DNA of 59,926 bases from an uncultured Verrucomicrobiota bacterium (GTDB taxonomy: Bacteria; Verrucomicrobiota; Verrucomicrobiia; Limisphaerales; UBA9464): NCBI GenBank assembly GCA_903835555.1, contig CAILNN010000251.1, positions 1 through 59,926 of the forward strand, read 5' to 3'. A program made the translations under genes and the position numbers. The notes below the pieces were generated by a model. That model made no database searches. It had not been told where the DNA came from and saw only the letters and a list, made by a program, of their open reading frames with translations. Positions 51,687 to 59,926 of this stretch are shown piece by piece; the stretch's first letter is position 1; each line of letters begins with the position of its first letter.

Positions 51687-53072
51687 ATGCCTGAGAAGCC
51701 ACTCGCACAGATTCCACCCGCCACCCGGGAACTGTATGAGAAAGGAATCGCTGCCATTCAAAAAAACAATTTGGACTATGCGATCACCTTGTTGACCTCG
51801 GTGTTGCGGACCGAGCCCGGATTTTACGAAGCCCGCGAAGCGCTTCGAGCCAGCCAGCACAAGCGCGCTGCCGGAAGCCGAAGCTTTTTCAAGAAACTCG
51901 TGGGTTCAGCCTCAAGTCTTACCCGTGGGAAGCTCGCGTTACGCTCCAATCCGCTGGAGGCCTTGCAAGTTGCCGAAGATACGTTGAATGAGGACCCGTC
52001 AAATGTCGATGCTCACGAGCTTTTAGCCGAGGCGGCCCTCGCGGCACAGTTTCCCAAGACGGCTTTGCTGTCCTTGGAGGTCGCCTTCAAAGTTCGACCA
52101 GGCAGCCGGAAACTGGCCTTGAATCTGGCTCACGCCTTGGGAGAGTTGGGAAATCGGCCCCGTGCGGAAAAGATTTACAAGGATCTGCTGGCGAATAACC
52201 CGCATGACCCGGAACTCAATCAATTGCTGAAGAACCTGCTGGCCGAGCGGACCATGCAGGAGGGCGGCTATTCTGGTTTGGCGGACGGCGAAGGGAGTTA
52301 CCGCGACATTCTCAAGGACAAGGACGAGGCTCGCTCCCTGGAACAGCAGAATCGAACCGTCAAAGACCAGGGGGTCGCCGGGCAACTCATTGCTGACTAC
52401 GAAGCGCGTCTAGCGGCAGAGCCCAATCATCTTAAACTGATGCGGGACTTGGCAGAACTGCATCTCAAGCGAGACGAATTTGGCCGCGCCCGCGAATATT
52501 TGGAACGAATCTTGACCGTGGGTGGAGTCAATGATCCGATGATCCTGGAACTGCTGCGCAACACCCGGTTGGCGGAGTTTGATCGTGCGGTGGCCGCTTT
52601 GGATCAAACGGCACCGGAATACCCCGCACAATTGGAGGAACTTCGCAAGGCCAGGATGAGCTGGCAATTGGACGATGCCAAGCGGCGGGCCGAACAAAAT
52701 CCGACCGATCTAACCATTAAGTTTGAACTGGGAGCCCTCTATCTACAGGCCGGTCGCCTGGGTGAGGCGATTCCCGAGCTGCAGCGCGCCCAGAACAATC
52801 CTAATCGACGCATCGCCGCGATGAATCTCCTGGCGCAGGCATTCGCAAAGCGTGGAATGAACGATTTGGCTGCCAAAAAGCTACAGGAAGCGATCAAGGA
52901 GAAGTTGGTCTTTGATGACGAAACCAAGGAACTCCGATACCAATTGGGAGTCGTGTTGGAAAAGATGGGGCGTCCTCAGGAGGCGATTGAGCAGTTCAAA
53001 GCCATCTACGAGCAGGATGTTGCCTATCGGGACGTCACCGAGCGGGTGGATGCCTTTTATGCGGCGCAGTAA
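51687..53072 (+). CDS. Tetratricopeptide repeat protein
   Basis: Multiple TPR-like helix pairs; ends DVAYRDV. Confidence 0.8.
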   Translation: MPEKPLAQIPPATRELYEKGIAAIQKNNLDYAITLLTSVLRTEPGFYEAREALRASQHKRAAGSRSFFKKLVGSASSLTRGKLALRSNPLEALQVAEDTLNEDPSNVDAHELLAEAALAAQFPKTALLSLEVAFKVRPGSRKLALNLAHALGELGNRPRAEKIYKDLLANNPHDPELNQLLKNLLAERTMQEGGYSGLADGEGSYRDILKDKDEARSLEQQNRTVKDQGVAGQLIADYEARLAAEPNHLKLMRDLAELHLKRDEFGRAREYLERILTVGGVNDPMILELLRNTRLAEFDRAVAALDQTAPEYPAQLEELRKARMSWQLDDAKRRAEQNPTDLTIKFELGALYLQAGRLGEAIPELQRAQNNPNRRIAAMNLLAQAFAKRGMNDLAAKKLQEAIKEKLVFDDETKELRYQLGVVLEKMGRPQEAIEQFKAIYEQDVAYRDVTERVDAFYAAQ

Positions 53073-53223
53073 TTCGGCTTGGTAATGTTCCTCATCGATT
53101 GACCGAGCCAATCCGCTTGCGCCTGTTTAATGGGAATCGTTAGTCTCCCTGTTGCGGTCGGTTCATGAGGGACCCCGCCGGTGGGGGCTTCGTTTCCCCA
53201 ACCGCTAAAACGTAGGATTTTCC

Positions 53224-54579
53224 ATGGCTTATACCACGTGCAGTGTTCCCGCAGGCGGGAAAATATCGATTGAAGGCGGCAAACTTCAGGTGCCCGCTGA
53301 ACCCATTATTCCGTTCATTCGCGGCGACGGAACCGGACCCGACATTTGGACTGCCAGCGAGAGGGTGTTCAACGCGGCGGTAGAAAAAGCCTACGGCGGC
53401 ACCCGGCGAGTGGCTTGGATGGAGGTTTTTGCCGGAGAAGAAGCATTCAAGCGATTCCAGAACTGGCTTCCCGACGACACCGTCGACGCGTTCCGTGAGT
53501 TTTTGGTGGGCATCAAAGGGCCATTGACCACCCCGATCGGAGGCGGCATTCGCTCCTTGAATGTGGCCCTTCGCCAGCTGCTGGACCTCTATGTCTGCCT
53601 GCGTCCGGTGCAGTGGTTCCACGGCGTCCCCAGCCCGGTCAAACGCCCGGACAAGGTCGATATGGTGATCTTCCGGGAAAACACCGAGGACATCTACGCG
53701 GGCATCGAATTCGCCCCGGGAACGCCAGAAGCCCAAAAGGTCCTCGACTTCCTGGCCAAGGAGTTCCCAAAAGAATTCAACAAGATTCGCTTCGGCACTC
53801 AGGCCAAAGCTGCTCAGTTCTGGGCAGAAGTTGGCAATACCACTTTCCCTACCGAGGTGTCGGTTGGCTTGGGGCTGAAGCCCGTGAGCCGTTCCGGGTC
53901 CGTTCGCCTGATCCATAGCGCCATCTCCTACGCTCTCCGTAACGGACGAAAGAATGTCACCCTGGTTCACAAGGGGAACATTATGAAATACACCGAAGGG
54001 GCATTCCGCGACTGGGGCTATGGCGTTGCCGAAGAATACTTTGGCGACAAGGTCTATACCTGGGCCCATTGGGAAAAGACCAAGGCTGCTCAAGGCGAAG
54101 ATGCCGCGAATGCCGAACAAAAAGCCGCGCTGGCGAGCGGAAAAATCCTAGTCAAGGATTCGATTGCCGACATTGCCCTCCAACAAGTGCTGACCCGGCC
54201 CGAAGACTTTGATGTCATTGCCACCCTCAATTTGAACGGCGACTACCTCAGTGATGCACTCGCGGCTCAAGTCGGCGGCATCGGCATCGCTCCCGGCGGA
54301 AATATCAACTACATCTCCGGTCACGCCATCTTTGAAGCCACCCACGGCACGGCTCCCAAATATGCCAACAAGGACATGGTCAATCCGGGCTCGGTCATCC
54401 TATCCGGCGAAATGATGTTCCGCCATTTAGGTTGGATAGAGGCCGCCGACTTGATCCTAAAAGGCTTGAACGGAGCCATTGGTAGCAAGCGCGTGACCTA
54501 TGATTTTGCCCGTCAGATGGAAGGCGGAACGCAAATCAAGTGCTCCGAATTTGCGGATAACATGATTTCCTTCATGTAA
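53224..54579 (+). CDS. icd: NADP-dependent isocitrate dehydrogenase
   Basis: [56 protein letters not shown]. Confidence 0.97.
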   Translation: MAYTTCSVPAGGKISIEGGKLQVPAEPIIPFIRGDGTGPDIWTASERVFNAAVEKAYGGTRRVAWMEVFAGEEAFKRFQNWLPDDTVDAFREFLVGIKGPLTTPIGGGIRSLNVALRQLLDLYVCLRPVQWFHGVPSPVKRPDKVDMVIFRENTEDIYAGIEFAPGTPEAQKVLDFLAKEFPKEFNKIRFGTQAKAAQFWAEVGNTTFPTEVSVGLGLKPVSRSGSVRLIHSAISYALRNGRKNVTLVHKGNIMKYTEGAFRDWGYGVAEEYFGDKVYTWAHWEKTKAAQGEDAANAEQKAALASGKILVKDSIADIALQQVLTRPEDFDVIATLNLNGDYLSDALAAQVGGIGIAPGGNINYISGHAIFEATHGTAPKYANKDMVNPGSVILSGEMMFRHLGWIEAADLILKGLNGAIGSKRVTYDFARQMEGGTQIKCSEFADNMISFM

Positions 54580-54679
54580 ATCGGCACGTCCCGGAGTGAG
54601 GGGTGATCTTTTGGCCAGCGTCGATGCCTCGGCATCGACGCGAAATGGTATCCAAACCGCTTCGTTTGACCGGGCTGTT

Positions 54680-54760
54680 TCCGAGGGGCATCCCGAGTTT
54701 TGGATTACGGGAATTTCCGCCAAGTCTTGGACTGCACCCGTCCTCTGGCCTTTGCAAACG
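54680..54760 (+). repeat. Truncated third copy of the REP-pair element
   Basis: TCCGAGGGGCATCCCGAGTT...TCCGCCAAGTCTTGGACTGCACCCGTCCTCTGGCCTTTG aligns with the left half of copies 1 and 2. Confidence 0.7.
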
Positions 54761-54834
54761 TCCGTGAAATGGACGGGGGCCAGAGTTCCCCGGTGCGCGC
54801 TTCGGGCCTTGCCAGCCCCGAGCTTCCTTTGGGA

Positions 54835-54919
54835 TCAAGCGGATGGAATGGCCAAGTGCGCGGGCAATGAAACCGCCATCTGTTTCGTCTTCCCGGATTT
54901 CAAAAACAACTTCGCTCAT
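54835..54919 (-). pseudogene. N-terminal fragment of a small HicB-like antitoxin
   Basis: MSEVVFEIREDETDGGFIARALGHSI resembles the HicB-like family start, after which similarity is lost. Confidence 0.5.
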
Positions 54920-54977
54920 GGAATCATGCCAACACGATACAACGCCATCGGGAAGGCCATTTGGTCTCCCTACAACG

Positions 54978-55991
54978 TCATTTAACCACTCGATGAAGTT
55001 CATTTCCGATCAAAGCCTTTAGAAACGCTATCAAGTCCCCGGCTTCCTCTTGGGTGAACTCTTTCCCCAGTTGGATCGTCGCCATGGTTCGTATGGCTTC
55101 GGGCAAGGAACGGATCCTGCCATCGTGGAAATAGGGATGCGTCACCGCGATATTCCTGAGGGAAGGTACTTTGAATTTGAACCTGTCTTCTTCGTCTTTG
55201 GTGACGTCATACCGGCCCACGTCGCCTTGATTCACATACGGCGTAAGCAATCCCGATTTTTGGTACGAGTTGCCGCCCAATAGCGGACCGTTGTGACATG
55301 CTGTGCAACCGGTGGTAATAAAGATGCTGAGTCCGCTCAGTTCCACCGGTGTCAGCGCATCGTCCCGTCCTTTTAGAAAATTATCGAGTCGGTCGTGGGT
55401 GATGAGTGTCCGCTCAAAGGCTGCGATCGCCGTGACCACGTTTTCGTAATTGATCGAATTGGTTTCCCCGGAAAACGCCGCCTCAAATTGTGGTGGATAA
55501 TTCGTTTCGGCTTTTAGGCGTTCGATGACTTCCTGAGGGGAAGTCATCGCCATTTCGACCGGATTGAGAATCGGTCCCTTCGCCTGCTCCTCTAGGTCGG
55601 AAGCGCGTCCGTCCCAGAATTGCGCCATATGCAGCGCCGCGTTGAAGACCGTTGGGGAATTCCGATCCCCGCGTTTACCAAACGCACCAACTGACGTCGG
55701 TTCGTTGTCCACACCCGCTCGTCCGTCGTCTATCGCATGACAGGTGTTGCAGGACTGCGTGCCGTTCTTGGAAAGACGCTTATCGAAATAGAGTTCCTTG
55801 CCTAAACTGACCAAGGCAACCGTATCCTTTTCCGCGCCAGGAATTTTGTCCGGGATCGGGGACAAAGAGAGCAACGCTTTGGTCCGCACAGTGGCGGGAT
55901 TGAGAGCGGGAGTTTGCGCCAGAGCAAGGGGCACGCCGGTGAATAGTATGAATAGTACGATGCCGAAACGGGGATGGAGAGTGATTGGCAT
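54978..55991 (-). CDS. Di-heme cytochrome c peroxidase
   Basis: Signal peptide, CNTCH and CTACH, QFWDGRA, NPVEM, FKVPSLRN, PYFHDG. Confidence 0.93.
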   Translation of the reverse strand: MPITLHPRFGIVLFILFTGVPLALAQTPALNPATVRTKALLSLSPIPDKIPGAEKDTVALVSLGKELYFDKRLSKNGTQSCNTCHAIDDGRAGVDNEPTSVGAFGKRGDRNSPTVFNAALHMAQFWDGRASDLEEQAKGPILNPVEMAMTSPQEVIERLKAETNYPPQFEAAFSGETNSINYENVVTAIAAFERTLITHDRLDNFLKGRDDALTPVELSGLSIFITTGCTACHNGPLLGGNSYQKSGLLTPYVNQGDVGRYDVTKDEEDRFKFKVPSLRNIAVTHPYFHDGRIRSLPEAIRTMATIQLGKEFTQEEAGDLIAFLKALIGNELHRVVK

Positions 55992-56020
55992 TTTGAAAAC
56001 ACTTCATTGAAAAGATGACA

Positions 56021-56239
56021 CTAAGGCTTCTCGGGTGGCGTCGTCTTTTTCGACTCTTCGGTTTTGGTCACGGTTCCGTCGGCTGATTTGGTCACCGTCT
56101 TTTCGTTGGATCTAACCGAACCATCGCTACTGACGTCGGTGGTTTTTTCGGTGGACACCTGCCGATCGCACCCCATCAGCGGTATCATCAACGTCAGTGC
56201 CAATATGGCCGCGCAAAATATTTTGAAAGAAGATTTCAT
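56021..56239 (-). CDS. Small Thr/Lys-rich lipoprotein (72 aa)
   Basis: MKSSFK...LMGC lipobox; SDGSV / ADGTV repeats. Confidence 0.65.
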   Translation of the reverse strand: MKSSFKIFCAAILALTLMIPLMGCDRQVSTEKTTDVSSDGSVRSNEKTVTKSADGTVTKTEESKKTTPPEKP

Positions 56240-56407
56240 CTTAGGCGGATACTCGTCAGTGCCATCCATTCCCGCAATACGGTGAATGCCGCATGGCGGG
56301 CTGGGTTCTTGACTGCCTATCCTCGTAGGAAGAATAACTGCAAAGGGATATATGGTTGCTCGCACCGAGAGCCTTTCGCGCTCCATCTGTTGCACCGACA
56401 ATTTGGA

Positions 56408-58357
56408 ATGAAAACAACCGCCGAAAAGGCACCTGGAAAAGCTCAGAAGGAACTGTCGGGAGTGATTCCTGTTTCGGTATCGGTGTCGACTGCGCCGTGG
56501 TACTCGCTGCCGAATCTCTGGCACCGCAAGTCGACGGTTATTGCCGGGTTATCCGTGGTGACCATCGCCTTGCATTTGGTGCTGCGCTTCGTCTTTCAGA
56601 TGGATCCGAATGCCTACCGAATTCCTTTGTTTATCACGCTGGCCATCGGTGGACTGCCCATGCTCTTTGAATTGCTCCAGAAGCTCTTCAAGCTGGAGTT
56701 TGGCTCCGACCTGCTGGGCGGCATTTCGATTGTCACCTCGGTTCTGCTCGGTGAATATCTCGCAGGTGCGATCATTGTCTTGATGCTCGCCGGCGGTGAG
56801 GCCTTGGAGAATTACGCCTTGCGTAGCGCCTCCTCAGTCCTGGCCGCTCTCGCCAAACGGATGCCGTCCATTGCTCACCGAAAGCGGGACGCTCTAATTC
56901 TCGATGTCGCATTGGCCGACATCGTCGTCGGCGACATTTTGGTTATTTATCCCCACGATATCTGCCCCGTGGACGGCACCGTGACCGAGGGGCACGGAAC
57001 GATGGATGAATCGTACCTGACAGGCGAGCCGTTCCAGATCACCAAGACCACTGGTTCGTCGGTGATCTCGGGTGCGATCAACGGCGAGTCGGTGATGACC
57101 ATCCGTGCGACGCAACTCGCCGCTGATTCGCGCTATGCCAAGATCATGGGGGTAATGCGCGAATCTGAAGCGAAGCGTCCGCGCCTGCGTCGACTAGGAG
57201 ATCAACTCGGGGCGATTTACACGCCGATTGCCTTGGTTGTAGCCATTCTAGCCTGGGTCATCAGCGGCGATTCCATCCGTTTTCTCGCCGTGCTGGTGAT
57301 CGCCACCCCGTGCCCGCTTTTACTGGCCATTCCCATCGCCATCATCGGTTCCATTTCTCTCTGCGCTCGCCGGGCGATTATTGTCAAAAGCCCCGTGGTG
57401 CTCGAACAGATCGCCGAGTGTCGGGTCGCCATTTTCGACAAGACCGGAACGCTGACCTATGGCGAGCCGACCTTGACCGAGCAACTGACTGCTCCCAGCT
57501 TCAAAGCGAAAGACGTACTAACCTTCGCAGCCAGCCTGGAGCGCTATTCAAAGCATCCATTGGCGCACGCCATTCTTGCGGCGGCGGAAAAGGCCGGAAT
57601 CCAACTTCCAGAGGCCACGGAAGTGGGCGAGCAACCTGGCCAGGGACTGCGTGGTACCATCTCCGGTCATTCCGTGATGATTACCAGTCGGAACAAATTG
57701 CTGGCTCAGAAAATCCCCGGCTCCGAACTTCTGCCTCCCTTGGCCGGCGGACTCGAGTGTGTAGTGGTGGTCGACCAGCGGTACGCGGCCGCCTTGCGTT
57801 TTCGCGATGCCCCGCGCACCGAAAGCCGGTCTTTTGTGAATCATCTCGGTCCGAAACATCATTTTCAACGCGTCATGATCGTATCAGGAGATCGTGAGTC
57901 GGAAGTGAAATACCTCGCTGAGCAAGTGGGTATTACCGAAATCCATGCGCAGCAGAGCCCCGAACAAAAACTCGCGCTCGTCCGTGCTGAAACCGCGAAG
58001 GCAAAAACGCTCTACGTCGGCGACGGCATCAATGACGCTCCGGCCATGATGGCGGCAACGGTCGGCATGGCCATCGGTCAAAACAGCGATGTGACCGCAG
58101 AAGCGGCAGGCGTTGTGATCATGGATAACTCGCTCACCAAAGTGGACGAGTTCATCCACATCAGCCGACGCATGCGCACCATTGCGCTCCAAAGTGCTTT
58201 GGGCGGAATGGCACTCAGCATCATCGGCATGATTGTAGCCGCTACCGGACACTTGAGTCCTGTGAGCGGTGCCATCACCCAGGAGATCATCGACGTCCTG
58301 GCCGTGCTCAATGCGTTGCGTGCCGCCTTTCCGCCGAAGACGATCCACGATCTCTGA
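56408..58357 (+). CDS. Heavy-metal P1B-type ATPase (P1B-5-like signature)
   Basis: [28 protein letters not shown]. Confidence 0.9.
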   Translation: MKTTAEKAPGKAQKELSGVIPVSVSVSTAPWYSLPNLWHRKSTVIAGLSVVTIALHLVLRFVFQMDPNAYRIPLFITLAIGGLPMLFELLQKLFKLEFGSDLLGGISIVTSVLLGEYLAGAIIVLMLAGGEALENYALRSASSVLAALAKRMPSIAHRKRDALILDVALADIVVGDILVIYPHDICPVDGTVTEGHGTMDESYLTGEPFQITKTTGSSVISGAINGESVMTIRATQLAADSRYAKIMGVMRESEAKRPRLRRLGDQLGAIYTPIALVVAILAWVISGDSIRFLAVLVIATPCPLLLAIPIAIIGSISLCARRAIIVKSPVVLEQIAECRVAIFDKTGTLTYGEPTLTEQLTAPSFKAKDVLTFAASLERYSKHPLAHAILAAAEKAGIQLPEATEVGEQPGQGLRGTISGHSVMITSRNKLLAQKIPGSELLPPLAGGLECVVVVDQRYAAALRFRDAPRTESRSFVNHLGPKHHFQRVMIVSGDRESEVKYLAEQVGITEIHAQQSPEQKLALVRAETAKAKTLYVGDGINDAPAMMAATVGMAIGQNSDVTAEAAGVVIMDNSLTKVDEFIHISRRMRTIALQSALGGMALSIIGMIVAATGHLSPVSGAITQEIIDVLAVLNALRAAFPPKTIHDL

Positions 58358-58640
58358 AGCCGATGGGAAGACCATTCAACAGTGCGACATCCGGACGGGC
58401 GGATTTCCCGCATCCGGCTTTCCAGTCAGTGAGTACCCGCGCTCGGCGGGACTGAAACGCTGTTCACAGGCTGAGGCGTATGGAGAGAACAGCTTGTGCA
58501 TTCCTGATTGCCGCTCACGCTCAATGCCAAGCAGATCGCTTGGCATCCACGGATCGCGGGTATCTCAAAAAGTGGTTCCCGAACTTGGTTGTGTTAACGA
58601 TTTCGGATGGAAATGCTTAAAAAGGCCCATCATTAGCAGG

Positions 58641-59924
58641 TCAGTTGCCGGTATATGGGTTGGCCGCAGTCTTAAGGTAATCCATGAATTTCGCCACGAT
58701 CTCGGGTTTTTCTCCGGCTAAATTGCGAGTTTCACCCGGGTCTGCCTGGAGGTCGTAGATTTCCAGCGGTTGGTCAGGCCCCAGTTGAACCGCTTTCCAA
58801 TGGTCCATCCGGGCCGCCCGTTGATATCCCTTTTCGTGAAACTCCCAATACAGGAAATCGTGACGCTCACGCGGTTCGTGACCGAACAAAACCGGAGCAA
58901 ACGACAGCCCGTCGATATCTTTCGGCGGGGTTAAACCCATGAGCTCAGCCATTGTGGGTAGTACATCCCACAGTGCAATCGGTAGTCCATTGGTCGTTCC
59001 AGGCTTGATATGTCCCGGCCAGCGGACAATGAAGGGCACTCGGATTCCCCCTTCGTACAGGTCTCGCTTTTGACCCCGGAGTCGCCCCGAGCTGTGGTGA
59101 AACTGCGAGTGCACTCCGCCTTCGGAATGCGGCCCATTATCGCTGGTGAAGATGACGACGGTGTCCTGGTCGAGATGACGCTTCTGTAATTCGGTGAAAA
59201 TCAGTCCCACTTGGTCATCCAATCGGCTGATCATCGCGGCTTTTGCTTTTTCAGCGGGGGGCCATGATTCTGAGCGATAGCTTCCAAGAAACGGAACCTG
59301 CATGCCATTCGTCCCCAATTCGTTGTTCGCGTGGGGAATCGTCGTCGCCAAATACAGAAAGAAGGGCTCGTACTCGTTGATCTTAATGAAATTGGCTGCC
59401 GCCTTCACAAACAAATCCGGGGCATAGCTGTCTGTCTTGCCGTTGATATTCCCGACTACAATTCGAGGAGAAGTCTCATCATTCCGCCACAGTTCCGCAG
59501 GGTAATAATTGTGGGCCGATACCTGATCGGGGTAGCCATACCATTCATCAAAACCTTGCTTGGCAGGAGCACCGGTGCTGCCGGGCGATCCCAATGCCCA
59601 TTTTCCTAATGCGCAGGTGATGTAACCTTTGGCGTGGACGACCTTTGCGATAGTGACCGTGTCTGACGCCAACGGCAGTTGTTCATTGGACCGCAATTGC
59701 CCGTGCCCTGAATGGAGACCCGTCATCAGCGCGCATCGACTGGGAATACAGACGGTGTTGCCGGCATAGGCCTGCATAAACTGCATGCCTTCTGCCGCCA
59801 CCCTGTCCAGATTGGGTGTCTTAATTTGGTTTTGCCCATAGCAACCGAGGTCACCATATCCCAAATCGTCAGCAACAATCAGAATGATGTTGGGTGTCTC
59901 CGCCTTGCGTTTGAAAAATGGGAT
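58641..59924 (-). CDS. Arylsulfatase (5' end beyond the window)
   Basis: Frame open to the window edge: PNIILIVADDLGYGD, CIPSR formylglycine motif, GKW, SDNG, YEGGIRVP. Confidence 0.93.
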   Translation of the reverse strand: MPFFKRKAETPNIILIVADDLGYGDLGCYGQNQIKTPNLDRVAAEGMQFMQAYAGNTVCIPSRCALMTGLHSGHGQLRSNEQLPLASDTVTIAKVVHAKGYITCALGKWALGSPGSTGAPAKQGFDEWYGYPDQVSAHNYYPAELWRNDETSPRIVVGNINGKTDSYAPDLFVKAAANFIKINEYEPFFLYLATTIPHANNELGTNGMQVPFLGSYRSESWPPAEKAKAAMISRLDDQVGLIFTELQKRHLDQDTVVIFTSDNGPHSEGGVHSQFHHSSGRLRGQKRDLYEGGIRVPFIVRWPGHIKPGTTNGLPIALWDVLPTMAELMGLTPPKDIDGLSFAPVLFGHEPRERHDFLYWEFHEKGYQRAARMDHWKAVQLGPDQPLEIYDLQADPGETRNLAGEKPEIVAKFMDYLKTAANPYTGN

Positions 59925-59926
59925 GG

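Noticed and set aside
53140-54120. 326-aa ORF antisense to icd
   Set aside because: Shadow ORF of a highly conserved, codon-biased gene; no recognisable motifs.
58418-58458. CRISPR array or hammerhead ribozyme
   Set aside because: Single unit only, no spacers or cas genes, and the hammerhead catalytic core is not matched.

Overview
About 60 kb of GC-rich bacterial chromosome. Gene content and repeat types suggest Verrucomicrobiota (Pedosphaera/Limisphaera-like); this is inference. The centrepiece is a complete urea-utilisation operon at 5.8-17.6 kb behind a candidate sigma54 promoter: outer-membrane porin, urtABCDE, ureD, fused ureAB, ureC, ureF and His-rich ureG, with no ureE. Its urease and accessory proteins look plant/fungal-like. 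Other content: secreted lipase, beta-helix glycoside hydrolase, Zn metalloprotease, rpsU, two FtsX/MacB-type ABC systems, an nrdR-hypothetical-HIT operon, a Schlafen/AlbA-HATPase + ParA pair beside miaE, an N-terminal-half-only carB, M48 peptidase, a large LamG/Ig surface protein, icd, cytochrome c peroxidase, a P1B-type ATPase and a sulfatase cut by the window edge. No rRNA, tRNA, CRISPR array or intact transposase was seen. Several REP/MITE-like intergenic repeats are present. Best leads: the repeat-bounded Schlafen-ParA-miaE segment, an ATP-cone-like CxxC protein paired with nrdR, the split carB, the eukaryote-like urease set, and a shared W...W...FYR terminal module on secreted proteins. 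Family assignments come from motif recognition by eye; no database searches were run.
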